The notes under the pieces: generated by a model | The model's input: only the letters and a program-made list of their open reading frames with translations | What the model was told of the DNA's origin: nothing | The model's database searches: none | In this document: positions 37,830 through 49,398 of the stretch, in pieces | How positions within the stretch are numbered: the stretch's first letter is position 1 | Layout of the letters: each line of letters begins with the position of its first letter | From: Balanoglossus misakiensis | Lineage: Eukaryota > Animalia > Hemichordata | Length of the DNA stretch: 64,000 nucleotides | Direction: 5' to 3' | Assembly: GCA_040954595.2 (NCBI GenBank) | Contig: CM082598.2 | Coordinates: 5,843,097-5,907,096 of the forward strand | Made by a program: the position numbers and the translations under genes

Positions 37830-38982
37830 TTATTCAGTACCAATGGCCACCGGCCAAACTGTACAAAAAATCCAAATATTACAGGTATTTGACGCTAGTA
37901 CGGTATAAAAAAATAGATGCACTGTCACAATTCTGGAAATGGAAAGACAGAGACATAATAAACTATACATGTATAATGTTCAAATTATCATGTCTACGTT
38001 TTGTTGCATAGAATATGTATCTGCTGAGATTACGAACAGTTTCTACTTTCTCTGAAGAAAGAAGTAGTGTAAATTTATACAGAACAGGGGGGTTGTGAAA
38101 ATAGTCTGGAATATATTTGACTCTCAAATCAGTTCTGTAATTAAAGCCTCTATAGCTGCCAAATTTCACATATTTTTTCCACAATAAAAAACTTCAAATA
38201 AATTCCCTATCCTCTAAAATCCCCATCATGCATTAAGCCACATTACTTGCAATTGCATCAGTTAGTCATCTCTTGGAGACGCATACCACGATAGCCGCGT
38301 ACTGTTTGTATGGAGGTGTGGCACATGTTTAATACATAGTATGTTCAAATTGCAACATGCAGTCACAATCGGGCATAAATAAGGTTTTCATGTATACCTA
38401 TCAGTAAGCTTATTTTAGATGGACCAATTTAAGTTGGAAAAAAAAATCATGAAAATAATGCAAAAAGTGGCAGCTCTAGAGTCTTTAAGACATGACTTGA
38501 TAACCTCGCGCTTCTTTGTATTTTCAGTAAAGGATGAAGACCCAAGTAAATTGGAGCTGGCCAGAGAACTCGCCCATTTTCGCCGAGATCTCAGACTTTT
38601 CCCAAGAAGGAGAAGCCGACAAGACGACCGTGATTTGTCCATTGAAATGACCAAACTTCAGGCGAAGATGATGACCACTGCCAACAAGCTGCGAGATATC
38701 AACGCCATCACTCATGCATTAGTTGCCGAGAAGAAAGATCTCCGAAAGTTGCGTGTAGTACAAGAGGTAGAAGACGCCAATATAGCGTTCGGGGTGAACG
38801 ATCGACTGGCACCGCCCAAACAGGATTCTATGACGAAGAAAATACGAAGATTGCGTCGAAATTTGGGACTGGAAGAGGTGCCAAAGCGACGCAGGAAGGA
38901 CAAAGCGCCACCAATCATGCTAAGTGTGCCTGATGCGTATGATCCGAGACTCTCGAGAATTGTGACATATCAAAGACGATAA
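35942..38982 (+). CDS. Death effector domain (DED) protein with C-terminal coiled-coil/basic tail, 3 exons, ~316 aa
   Basis: Exons 35942-36212, 37515-37739, 38528-38982 (GT-AG, phase 1/1). Spliced segment YCSLLTAVAKSLTKDNVDDMKFLAREYIHPQHLLLDIHSPSQMLALLEGQHLLAENSMVFLQMLLYYIGRLDL has DED hallmarks (LT.D.V..MKFL, LE...LL......L..LL..IGRxDL). Exon 3 is heptad-like (MTKLQAKMMTTANKLRDINAITHALVAEKKDL). Confidence 0.8.
36341..36549. mobile_element. TA-flanked MITE in DED gene intron 1
   Basis: TA-CTGTAAAACACTTTATTTTC..GAAAATAAAGTGTTTTACAG-TA. Confidence 0.85.
37799..37865 (-). mobile_element. Extremely 5'-truncated LINE/SINE 3' tail
   Basis: Minus strand reads GGCCGGTGGCC..AATAAA(TTA)n, the same tail organisation as the LINE at 54790-54826. 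Confidence 0.6.
38145..38484. mobile_element. Kolobok-like MITE family K3 (representative copy)
   Basis: TTAA-AGCCTCTATAGCTGCC..GGCAGCTCTAGAGTCT-TTAA. Other copies at ~6605-6929, 13721-14351 (with a nested TTAA element at 13777-14056), ~22070-22337. Confidence 0.85.
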
Positions 38983-40298
38983 TCATTCAATTTTAATCAT
39001 TGAATATACACTGTTTGGCAACCTTGATCACTGAATAAGCCTTTGACCGTTCCTTGTCTGTCTGGCAAGTTCCACAGTGTGATTCATGAGTTGTGAAATG
39101 TCACCCTTTCACCTAGTCTCGGTTACCAAGAGCCCTCTGCTTCTTCCGTTGGGCGCTCCAGAAAGATGGTCTGGGGAAATACCATAGACAAATCTCCGGG
39201 CAAAGATGGCCGACTTGAGACAAAAGCTATGCATGATGGTTGCAGCCTAAAACATAACAATAACATGCTGAGAAGTGCCGAACCTGCTAAAACTCTACAA
39301 ATTGAAAAATGGGGGGGGGGGGGGGGGGGTAAATAGTTTTCAAATATCATACTATCAAATGTCATAATTGTCTTATTACCATTTTTATGATCATAGGCCA
39401 TCCAGGCCGCATGAATTTTACAACGGCTCCCGGCAGAATTTCTGAAGATATTCATGCATAAGCAATGTAAGTTCAAATACAGAAGCGACAATAGACTTAA
39501 AGACTGAAAGCAAAACGTGAACTCAGTATGCCGACCTTGTTGATATGTTATGTTCCATATCACCGTAGCAGCACTTGCAACTATACCTTGAAACAAGGAG
39601 GTTTCAATAATAACTGGTGTAGCTTTAATTTATACGTACATTTTACCAAGTTTCTCTCAAAATAGAGTGCGTTGACCAGACAATTTTATTTGACCCATGG
39701 ATTTATTTTCATTTGACTGCGCTTTATGTAAAATTTCATAAAAACGACAATAGTAGAAGTGAGTGTTCTACCTATTCTCAATGTTATCCCTGAGAAAAAA
39801 AATGAATGCGCACATACATTTGCACAGTTTACAAGTTTACGTTCTGCGCGTACATCTTTATAAAGAACATTACCTGTAACTTTTGATCATCTGTCGAAGC
39901 CACTGTCTGATGACGATGTGGATTTAATCGTCGACCGAGTAAAAATCTCACCAAAATGAATAAACGGTAGAGACCAATTATTCATTTTGGTGAGTTTTTC
40001 ATCCTCATGTCTACAAGCGGGATGGAAGTTGTGTGTGGTCGAACGTTGATTCACTCTATATAAACAGTGTCTTGTATCAAATATAATTAATGGGAAAAGG
40101 GCAGCGACAGAGAGAGACTTTATCCCTTTAAGAATATACCAACTTTTCCATCACTGATCTACCTAGGGTCATCATTGAGTATGGAAATGAAATGAAGCTG
40201 ACGACCAATCATACGAATGCCTTTGTATTTCAGTTAACAAAGTCCCACGCAACTGACATGCGCGAATGTGAACCATTTACCGTCTAATATTTCATTCT

Positions 40299-40619
40299 AT
40301 GCCGATAGATACTATACTCGCCATGAGAGCCCCGTCGCTATTGGTCCACGCCGAAAACGACACTGTTACGCCAGTCTCGGTTGTAGAGAACTACAAGATG
40401 GTGTTACAGAATGCGAACAGACTCCTATCAAACATTGATGATGATAGCAGCACCATCGTGGACCCGTCTCTTGCAACTTACGTAAAGATTTTTGAAGACG
40501 TAGGTCATGGTTTCGCTCACAGAGGAAATCGAAGCGACCTCGCTGTTATGCAGGCTGCCACAGAGGCCTTTGATGATATGTACATGTGGCTAGATACGTA
40601 CTTACCGAGTGAAGGGTAA
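40299..40619 (+). pseudogene. 3' fragment of a CMBL/dienelactone hydrolase paralog
   Basis: LAMRAPSLLVHAENDTV..KIFEDVGHGFAHRGNRSD..MYMWLDTYLP is colinear with the C-terminal part of the intact paralog at 49399-50836 (catalytic Asp and His segments). No N-terminal half or nucleophile elbow is recognisable upstream. Confidence 0.75.
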
Positions 40620-42405
40620 ATGTCTGCAAGCTGCAAGGCCGGGTTTGTTGGAGGTTAGAGGCACTTCTGAAACAAATCAATTGAAATCATGTCAAAACAG
40701 ATCAGCAACTCGCAATGGAACTTATTAAATATGACTTCCTACAGATAGACTGATGTTCTCTATGTCATTTGTTTATGAATGTGTCATATCCGCGATCATT
40801 TAGTGAAGACAATTTCTTGGCCATACCCTTTTCTAGTGGTCAGCACTTCGCATTGGTCAACAAAAGGAAGACGCGCATTTGATATTTAATTTCTATTAGC
40901 TGATTTAGCCCATGTGCTGTATAAATTGAAAAAAAAATATTGACGAATACATAAATGAAAAGAGAGATTGTTATTTTTGTGTTTGTGTGTGTATGTATCT
41001 GTTTGTCTGTCTGTACTGTAATGGGGATTTAAGTAAAACCACAGGTAACTAAGGAATCTTGTTGTTGTTGTTATTGTTGTTGTTGATGAAGATGATAAAC
41101 AACTCTAATCATGACAAAAAATTCTATAGATCGCCCAACGTCATATGGTCGCCCAGCGTCACTCCTAATAAGACAGGAGTGATGCTGGGTGACCACAAGA
41201 CATTGGGCGATCTATATACATGTATAGTGTTCCTTTAGAGATAATTACAACATCTATGGTTTTTGCCTGCCGCGGTTGTCAGCTTCTGACTTCAAGAAAC
41301 ACAAGACATGGTACAATTTTGGCAGCTGGAATTTGGGCGATGGAAGTTCAACTCTTAGTTGATTCAAAGTTGAAGAGGTTTGCCTAAATCTGAGGTAAGC
41401 TTGCACATAAAATGTGGGCGAGTTTAATACATGAATTTATTATACACACATGTGGCAATGACAGCCATGGTGAACTCGACGTACATGTCAAAACTCAGCC
41501 ATATATGTCATCTCATGCTGCTAGTAACTGTGTTGCCAACACTGACGTTGACTTCGGTATTATGGCTTTGTATAGGACAAAGTCACATTACCCTCAAATT
41601 GCACAACTGGAATAAAAATCGCAATCAAAGCCAGTGCGAGTCTTTCCAAACAAGACTGTTGATATCTGTGGTATATCCATGTTCATTATTATAAACCACG
41701 GTGCAGCTGTGTACCAAATACATGCTAATCAGTGAAACGCACTTGCATGGACTGCATGGCCGACGATTGGCAGGACGTTTAAATATTGTGAAACCAACCA
41801 ACCAACCAAACGACAGATCTTATATAATTGCCAAAGATGGCGCTACTCGCGGCAGGAACATTATTTAGAGGCAGGGCAAAACGCCCTTTGAAAACACGGA
41901 ATTTCACTGAGATAACGAGTAAGAACCGTGAGAAAATAGTAACTTTGTTTTCGAGATTTTCTTTTCACCGCGTAATTGAAAATAAACCCAGAATTAAAGG
42001 GACAGAGTCTCTCTCTCGCTGCCCTTTTTCCATAAATTATATTTGATAAGAGACAACGTTTGTTATTCTACATGTGGATATATAGTGAATGAACATTCAA
42101 CCACACACAACTTCCATCCCTCTTATAGACAGGAGAGTGAAAAAACTCGCCAAAATGAATAATCGTTCTTTACCATTTATTCATTTTGGGCGAGTTTGTA
42201 CTCTCATATCCTACAAACGAGATGGAAGTCGTGTGTGGTCGAATGTTGTGTCACCATATATCCACATGTAGAATAACATAAACGGTGTCTTGTATCAAAC
42301 ATAATTAATGGAAAAAGGCCAGCGAGAGAGAGACTTTGTCCCTTTAATGCAAAAGTAACTTGATGTAACTTTTCTCTCTCCTTTAGTTCTGGCAAATTAT
42401 TTGGG

Positions 42406-43871
42406 ATGTCTCGCTACAAAACAGTGTGTCTGACGGGAATTGGTGCGTGTATCGGACTTGGCTTTTTGGCAGCCATCTTCACTTTTGCACTCTATTTCAC
42501 TGGCAATGGATCTAACTCGGGTAAGACTTAACTATATTTGTCTTCCAGGGAAATGTTAAACAACTGAATATGGCATGAGTGGACAAGGCCAAAGTCAGTG
42601 ACATGTAGCATCTGTCACTCAGACATACATGTGTTCTGACCCGAAAAAAAGTAAATGTAATCAGTGTGGCCATTCTGGAGCTGCAATAAGCTTTTATGGG
42701 CCATACTGACCATAACTACAATGAAAGAAGTATTTCTTGTAACATTATCAGCGCCATTCATATTACATATTTTTGCTTTTCTCCAAAGGCACGGTATCTA
42801 ATGACGTTTCGGATGACTTATGTACTGATCCTGTTGACAGTAATAATATCATAAATGGAAGTGATGTGGAGATTGGTGATGGTTTAAGAGTATACTTTGC
42901 TATTCCGGCAACGAGGTGTCCCAAAGGTGCGGTCATCCTTCTCCACGACCGATTCGGTTACGAGATGCCCGCGCCCGGCCGATAGGTCGGCCGCTACGCT
43001 GGTGATGAATTTGTGTTATTTTTAGGTAAAATGTTTCAAATATCAGTCAACAAATGACACCAGTTCGTCAAGCGATACAAAAAGCAAGAAACAGTAACCA
43101 CACACTTTGAGGTTACTGTTAAAATAAAACTAAGAATTGTTCTCGGAATCGACATACGAGAGACTTACCTGTTTCACGTACAAAACGACTGGCAGACGAC
43201 AGGCGAACGTGTGATGTCATCGAATTATGGGATAGGCACGCAAAAAATGATGACGTATCCGTATACGTTCCGTTCACGTACGCAATCTTAATCTCTCTAA
43301 TAGTCGTTTTCTGTCCCTCTCACTGGCCGAGCATTATTATACTGTCGCCATGCCGGACCTTTTCGATGGTGAAAGTTACGACCTAGAATCCGACCCAGAG
43401 AGGCTACGAGATCAAGGTCACGTTGATGAGGACATAGCCGTCACGTTTCGTTACCTCCGTCAGCGCCGCCACTTCCAGGATATCGCCGTCGTTGGGGTTG
43501 ACTGGGGAGGCAAGCAAGTCGTCCGGCTTTGCGCCCGTTCCCGCCGCGATGACGTCAGGGCGGGGATCAGTTTGTACCCTGTGAACGTCACACCGCAGAT
43601 GGCGCTGTCCGTACTGGTTCCAACTCTGTTCAATCGGACAGAAGCAGACAGAGTAGTTGAACTTTTTCAGGCGGCAAACCGATTAATGTCGTCCATAGAT
43701 GCAGACGATACAGAACTAAATGGATCACCAGCTGTCGTTGAATTGTTTTATAACACAAGACAGAGTATTGTAAATGCAGTAAATACTACAGATATCACAA
43801 ACACGTCAAAGGGCGTTTTTTCAGCCATATACTTTTGGTTTGATCGCTTCTTCATGTCAACGACGACATGA
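42406..43871 (+). pseudogene. Signal-anchored CMBL/dienelactone-hydrolase-like paralog (copy 1), interrupted by a 328-bp insertion
   Basis: Exon 42406-42520 (MSRYKTVCLTGIGACIGLGFLAAIFTFALYFTG.., 115 nt as in the intact paralog); exon 2 starts at 42789. GYEMPA (ends 42973) and SRFLSLSLAEHYYTVAMPDLF (starts 43302) align without a gap to GYELGA-TRLIADELASHGYTAIMPDLF; the insert brings an in-frame TAG. Nucleophile elbow GVDWGG; no GHGF His motif. Confidence 0.8.
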
Positions 43872-46111
43872 GGTATTTTCGCCTATGGTGATTATCAAAC
43901 CCTTTAAAGACCAGTTTTCGTTGGCTAAACGCAGACATATCTTGAAAAAGTTAACACTGACTCAGTAGATATGTGTAGTTCCCGGATGTACTTATTTTTA
44001 TATTTTATGAAAAAATAACGCATTCTTCTAATTTTCATACATGTATGGATAATTGTGATTACCTGTTACCTGTTACCTGAACCTGTTAATGTCATCCTGG
44101 ATGGAAGACCGCAGTCACTGTGTCCGCATATCTAAAGCAGGCTGAAATATTCAGTTGTGTGATGAGAGGGCGCTCCATTCTTCTGAGGCGGGGTGACGAA
44201 TCTGTATCCGCTATCAGTCGGCTAATCACACGGCGCTGTTGACTATGCTGTAACCACTGTCACAATCTACCGTTATGCAAACGTAAGAGTTCGGATATTC
44301 AAGTCACTTACCCAGTGAAGGGTAAATGTCCGCAAGCTGCAAGGCCGGGTTTGTTGGAGGTTAGAGGCACTTCTGAAGCAAATCAATTGAAATCATGTCA
44401 ATATGGATCAGCAACTTGCAATGGAACTTATTAAATATGACTTCCTATACAGATAGACTGATGTTCTCTATGTCATTTGTTTATGAATGTGTCATATCCG
44501 CGATCATTTAGTGAAGACAATTTCTTGGCCATACCCTTTTCTAGTGGTCAGCACTTCGCATTGGTCAACAAAAGGAAGACGCGCATTTGCTATTTAATTT
44601 CTATTAGCTGATTTAGCCCATGTGCTGTATAAATTGAAAAAAAAATATTGACGAATACATAAATGAAAAGAGAGATTGTTATTATTGTGTTTGTGTGTGT
44701 ATGTATCTGTTTGTCTGACTGTAATGGGGATTCAAGTAAAACCACAGGGAACTAAGGAATCTTGTTGTTGTTATTGTTGTTGTTGATGAAGATGATAAAC
44801 AACACTCTAATCATGACAAAAAATTCTATAGATCGCCCAACATCATATGGTCGCCCAGCGTCACTCCTAATAAGACAGGAGTGATGCTGGGTGACCACAA
44901 GACATTGGGCGCTCTATATACATGTATAGTGTTCCTTTAGAGATAATTACAACATCTATGGTTTTTGCCTGCCGCGGTTGTCAGCTTCTGACTTCAAGAA
45001 ACACAAGACATGGTACAATTTTGGCAGCTGGAATTTGGGCGATGAAAGTTCAACTCTTAGTTGATTCAAAGTTGAAGAGGTTTGCCTAAATCTGAGGTAA
45101 GCTTGCACATAAAATGTGGGCGAGTTTAATACATGAATTTATTATACACACATGTGGCAATGACAGCCATGGTGAACTCGACGTACATGTCAAAACTCAG
45201 CCATATATGTCATCTCATGCTGCTAGTAACTGTGTTGCCAACACTGACGTTGACTTCGGTAGTTTGGCTTTGTATAGGACAAAGTCACATTACCCTCAAA
45301 TTGCACAACTGGAATGAAATCGCAATCAAAGCCAGTGCGAGTCTTTCCAAACAAGACTGTTGATATCTGTGGTATATCCATGTTCATAATTATATACCAC
45401 GGTGCAGCTGTGTACCAAATACATGCTAATCAGTGAAACGCACTTGCATGGACTGCATGGCCGACGATTGGCAGGACGTTTAAATATTGTGAAACCAACC
45501 AACGAACCAACCAACCAAACGACAGATCTTATATAATTACCAAAGATGGCGCTACTCGCGACAGGAACATTATTTAGAGGCGGGGCAAAACGCCCTTTGA
45601 AAACACGGAATTTCACTGAGATTACGAGTAAGAACCGTGAGAAAATAGTAACTTTGTTTTCGAGATTTTCTTTTCACCGCGTAATTGAAAATAAACCCAG
45701 AATTAAAGGGACAGAGTCTCTCTCTCGCTGCCCTTTTCCATAAATTATATTTGATAAGAGACAACGTTTGTTATTCTACATGTGGATATATAGTGAATGA
45801 ACATTCAACCACACAACTTCCATCCCTCTTATAGACAGGAGAGTGAAACAACTCGCCAAAATGAATAATCGTTCTTTACCATTTATTCATTTTGGGCGAG
45901 TTTGTACTCTCATATCCTACAAACGAGATGGAAGTCGTGTGTGGTCGAATGTTGTGTCACCATATATCCACATGTAGAATAACATAAACGGTGTCTTGTA
46001 TCAAACATAATTAATGGAAAAAGGCCAGCGAGAGAGAGACTTTGTCCCTTTAATGCAAAAGTAACTTGATGTAACTTTTCTCTCTCCTTTAGTTCTGGCA
46101 AATTATTTGGG

Positions 46112-47577
46112 ATGTCTCGCTACAAAACAGTGTGTCTGACGGGAATTGGTGCGTGTATCGGACTTGGCTTTTTGGCAGCCATCTTCACTTTTGCACTCTA
46201 TTTCACTGGCAATGGATCTAACTCGGGTAAGACTTAACTATATTTGTCTTCCAGGGAAATGTTAAACAACTGAATATGGCATGAGTGGACAAGGCCAAAG
46301 TCAGTGACATGTAGCATCTGTCACTCAGACATACATGTGTTCTGACCCGAAAAAAAGTAAATGTAATCAGTGTGGCCATTCTGGAGCTGCAATAAGCTTT
46401 TATGGGCCATACTGACCATAACTACAATGAAAGAAGTATTTCTTGTAACATTATCAGCGCCATTCATATTACATATTTTTGCTTTTCTCCAAAGGCACGG
46501 TATCTAATGACGTTTCGGATGACTTATGTACTGATCCTGTTGACAGTAATAATATCATAAATGGAAGTGATGTGGAGATTGGTGATGGTTTAAGAGTATA
46601 CTTTGCTATTCCGGCAACGAGGTGTCCCAAAGGTGCGGTCATCCTTCTCCACGACCGATTCGGTTACGAGATGCCCGCGCCCGGCCGATAGGTCGGCCGC
46701 TACGCTGGTGATGAATTTGTGTTATTTTTAGGTAAAATGTTTCAAATATCAGTCAACAAATGACACCAGTTCGTCAAGCGATACAAAAAGCAAGAAACAG
46801 TAACCACACACTTTGAGGTTACTGTTAAAATAAAACTAAGAATTGTTCTCGGAATCGACATACGAGAGACTTACCTGTTTCACGTACAAAACGACTGGCA
46901 GACGACAGGCGAACGTGTGATGTCATCGAATTATGGGATAGGCACGCAAAAAATGATGACGTATCCGTATACGTTCCGTTCACGTACGCAATCTTAATCT
47001 CTCTAATAGTCGTTTTCTGTCCCTCTCACTGGCCGAGCATTATTATACTGTCGCCATGCCGGACCTTTTCGATGGTGAAAGTTACGACCTAGAATCCGAC
47101 CCAGAGAGGCTACGAGATCAAGGTCACGTTGATGAGGACATAGCCGTCACGTTTCGTTACCTCCGTCAGCGCCGCCACTTCCAGGATATCGCCGTCGTTG
47201 GGGTTGACTGGGGAGGCAAGCAAGTCGTCCGGCTTTGCGCCCGTTCCCGCCGCGATGACGTCAGGGCGGGGATCAGTTTGTACCCTGTGAACGTCACACC
47301 GCAGATGGCGCTGTCCGTACTGGTTCCAACTCTGTTCAATCGGACAGAAGCAGACAGAGTAGTTGAACTTTTTCAGGCGGCAAACCGATTAATGTCGTCC
47401 ATAGATGCAGACGATACAGAACTAAATGGATCACCAGCTGTCGTTGAATTGTTTTATAACACAAGACAGAGTATTGTAAATGCAGTAAATACTACAGATA
47501 TCACAAACACGTCAAAGGGCGTTTTTTCAGCCATATACTTTTGGTTTGATCGCTTCTTCATGTCAACGACGACATGA
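46112..47577 (+). pseudogene. Signal-anchored CMBL/dienelactone-hydrolase-like paralog (copy 2 of tandem duplication)
   Basis: Same as 42406-43871 at offset 3706; the ORF track gives identical 70-aa and 173-aa products; insertion at 46680-47007. Confidence 0.8.
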
Positions 47578-49398
47578 GGTATTTTCGCCTATGGTGATTA
47601 TCAAACCCTTTAAAGACCAGTTTTCGTTGGCTAAACGCAGACATATCTTGAAAAAGTTAACACTGACTCAGTAGATATGTGTAGTTCCCGGATGTACTTA
47701 TTTTTATATTTTATGAAAAAATAACGCATTCTTCTAATTTTCATACATGTATGGATAATTGTGATTACCTGTTACCTGTTACCTGAACCTGTTAATGTCA
47801 TCCTGGATGGAAGACCGCAGTCACTGTGTCCGCATATCTAAAGCAGGCTGAAATATTCAGTTGTGTGATGAGAGGGCGCTCCATTCTTCTGAGGCGGGGT
47901 GACGAATCTGTATCCGCTATCAGTCGGCTAATCACACGGCGCTGTTGACTATGCTGTAACCACTGTCACAATCTACCGTTATGCAAACGTAAGAGTTCGG
48001 ATATTCAAGTCACTATAATTCGTAGTTAAACATTAATAAAAAACGCCTCAAAGCCCGTGTACCACTGTTCAACTATTAATCGAACATAAAACCAGTAATA
48101 TATATTTCCAAGTCCATCAAAATTCATCTGGTTACGTGCTTACGTATACATGTAAGTATCTTTTAAGTATCTTAAGCGTTTCATAGTAAGGCATGTTATA
48201 TAAATCAATGAATATGATATTTGCGTATAGCCAGTTGGTAAACTCTTCTATCGCAGTATTTTGGCTATCTATCCTCGCATTTCGATCTTGTATCAACCCG
48301 GCTCTCAATCGATTATGGAAACCTGAGAAGCGTACACTTTTGCTGACTTTGCGTGTTCATTTTGCATGCGATCGAGTTGCTAGTGTGCATCCTCATACTC
48401 AAGCCAAGCAGCCAAACAAAACATAGAGAATATATCGTCAGTAAAATAATGGGCAGAAATGCGTTACCTGTGTTGTGTGCGCATGCGTTAATTTACCTCT
48501 TGGCTGGGAGTGAGATGAGCCTTTCTTTTCCCCGGAAGAGGGTACTACTCCGCACTTTCTTGCACGAGCTGCAACAAGAACGTTGGTGATTAGACTCTAT
48601 GACAGTCGCTGTGCCTGTGAGATAAGGAATGGAACTTTCCTTCGTACGACGCGCCGCCAAGACTGTGTGATTAGCGTCGCGTCCACAGGACGTTCTATTC
48701 TTTACTATCAATCAAGTGATGATCTGGCAATGTGTCCCATGGCGCAGTCATTTCCAGATGACGGGCAAGCAATATTTCGGCATCCAATAAAAGTTTTTCC
48801 GAGTATGTTTTTACTTTAGAACCGCCAGACACATAACATGTATCAGGTATGTTGCCTCATCAGCCTCATTGCATTTCGTCTGCACAGTCTTTGTCTGCAC
48901 CACGTTGCTGAAGTTGCCCGTCATCTGGAAATTTGAATGCGAACGTAACTGCCGCCTGAGCGCGTCTGACGTCATTTGATAGCGAAGAATACGTAACGGA
49001 CGCGGATTTCATTTGCAGTATCACACAGTCTTGGAGCAAGACTAGTTGGTGATATTCGATAAGTCTATGGGTGTGCCGCTGCGATAAATATAGCATTTTG
49101 GTGTAACCCCCCCCCCCCCTAGAAAAAAAAACTATCCATGCAACGTCCATGCTCTGTTCTGGCGCAGTAATCCCCTACGAATCGGAAGTGTCTGGGTGGC
49201 AAATGCCCAGGGTGACAGTCCTAGCCTCGTACTTGCACATTTACAGAAATTTTCCCTCTGTGTGATATCTTATTTGCGCTCACGCCAGCGGTCAGGCAGG
49301 GAAAACAACGCCGAGAGATTAAAATCAAAACTTAATTTCCTCAATGGCACAGACGATACTGAAGTATTTTATTAACCATGTACAGATTCAGTCCGAGG

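Larger units (their letters stand above)
40600..48014 (+). repeat. Head-to-tail tandem duplication, 2 x 3706 bp
   Basis: Unit 1 starts at ACT 40600-40602 (..ACTtaccgagtgaagggtaaatg); the junction ACT is at 44306-44308 (caagtcACTtacccagtgaaggg); unit 2 ends at ACT 48012-48014 (caagtcACTataatt). Confidence 0.97.

Noticed and set aside
38419-38527. N-terminus [21 protein letters not shown] of the 187-aa ORF
   Set aside because: It is K3 MITE and intron sequence (same peptide at 22008-22355); the real exon starts at the acceptor at 38528.
37050-39135. TAGTCTCGGTTACC-type ends at ~37071 and ~39115 possibly bracketing DED exons 2-3 as captured cargo
   Set aside because: The two ends face outward, so they belong to separate elements and do not enclose the exons.
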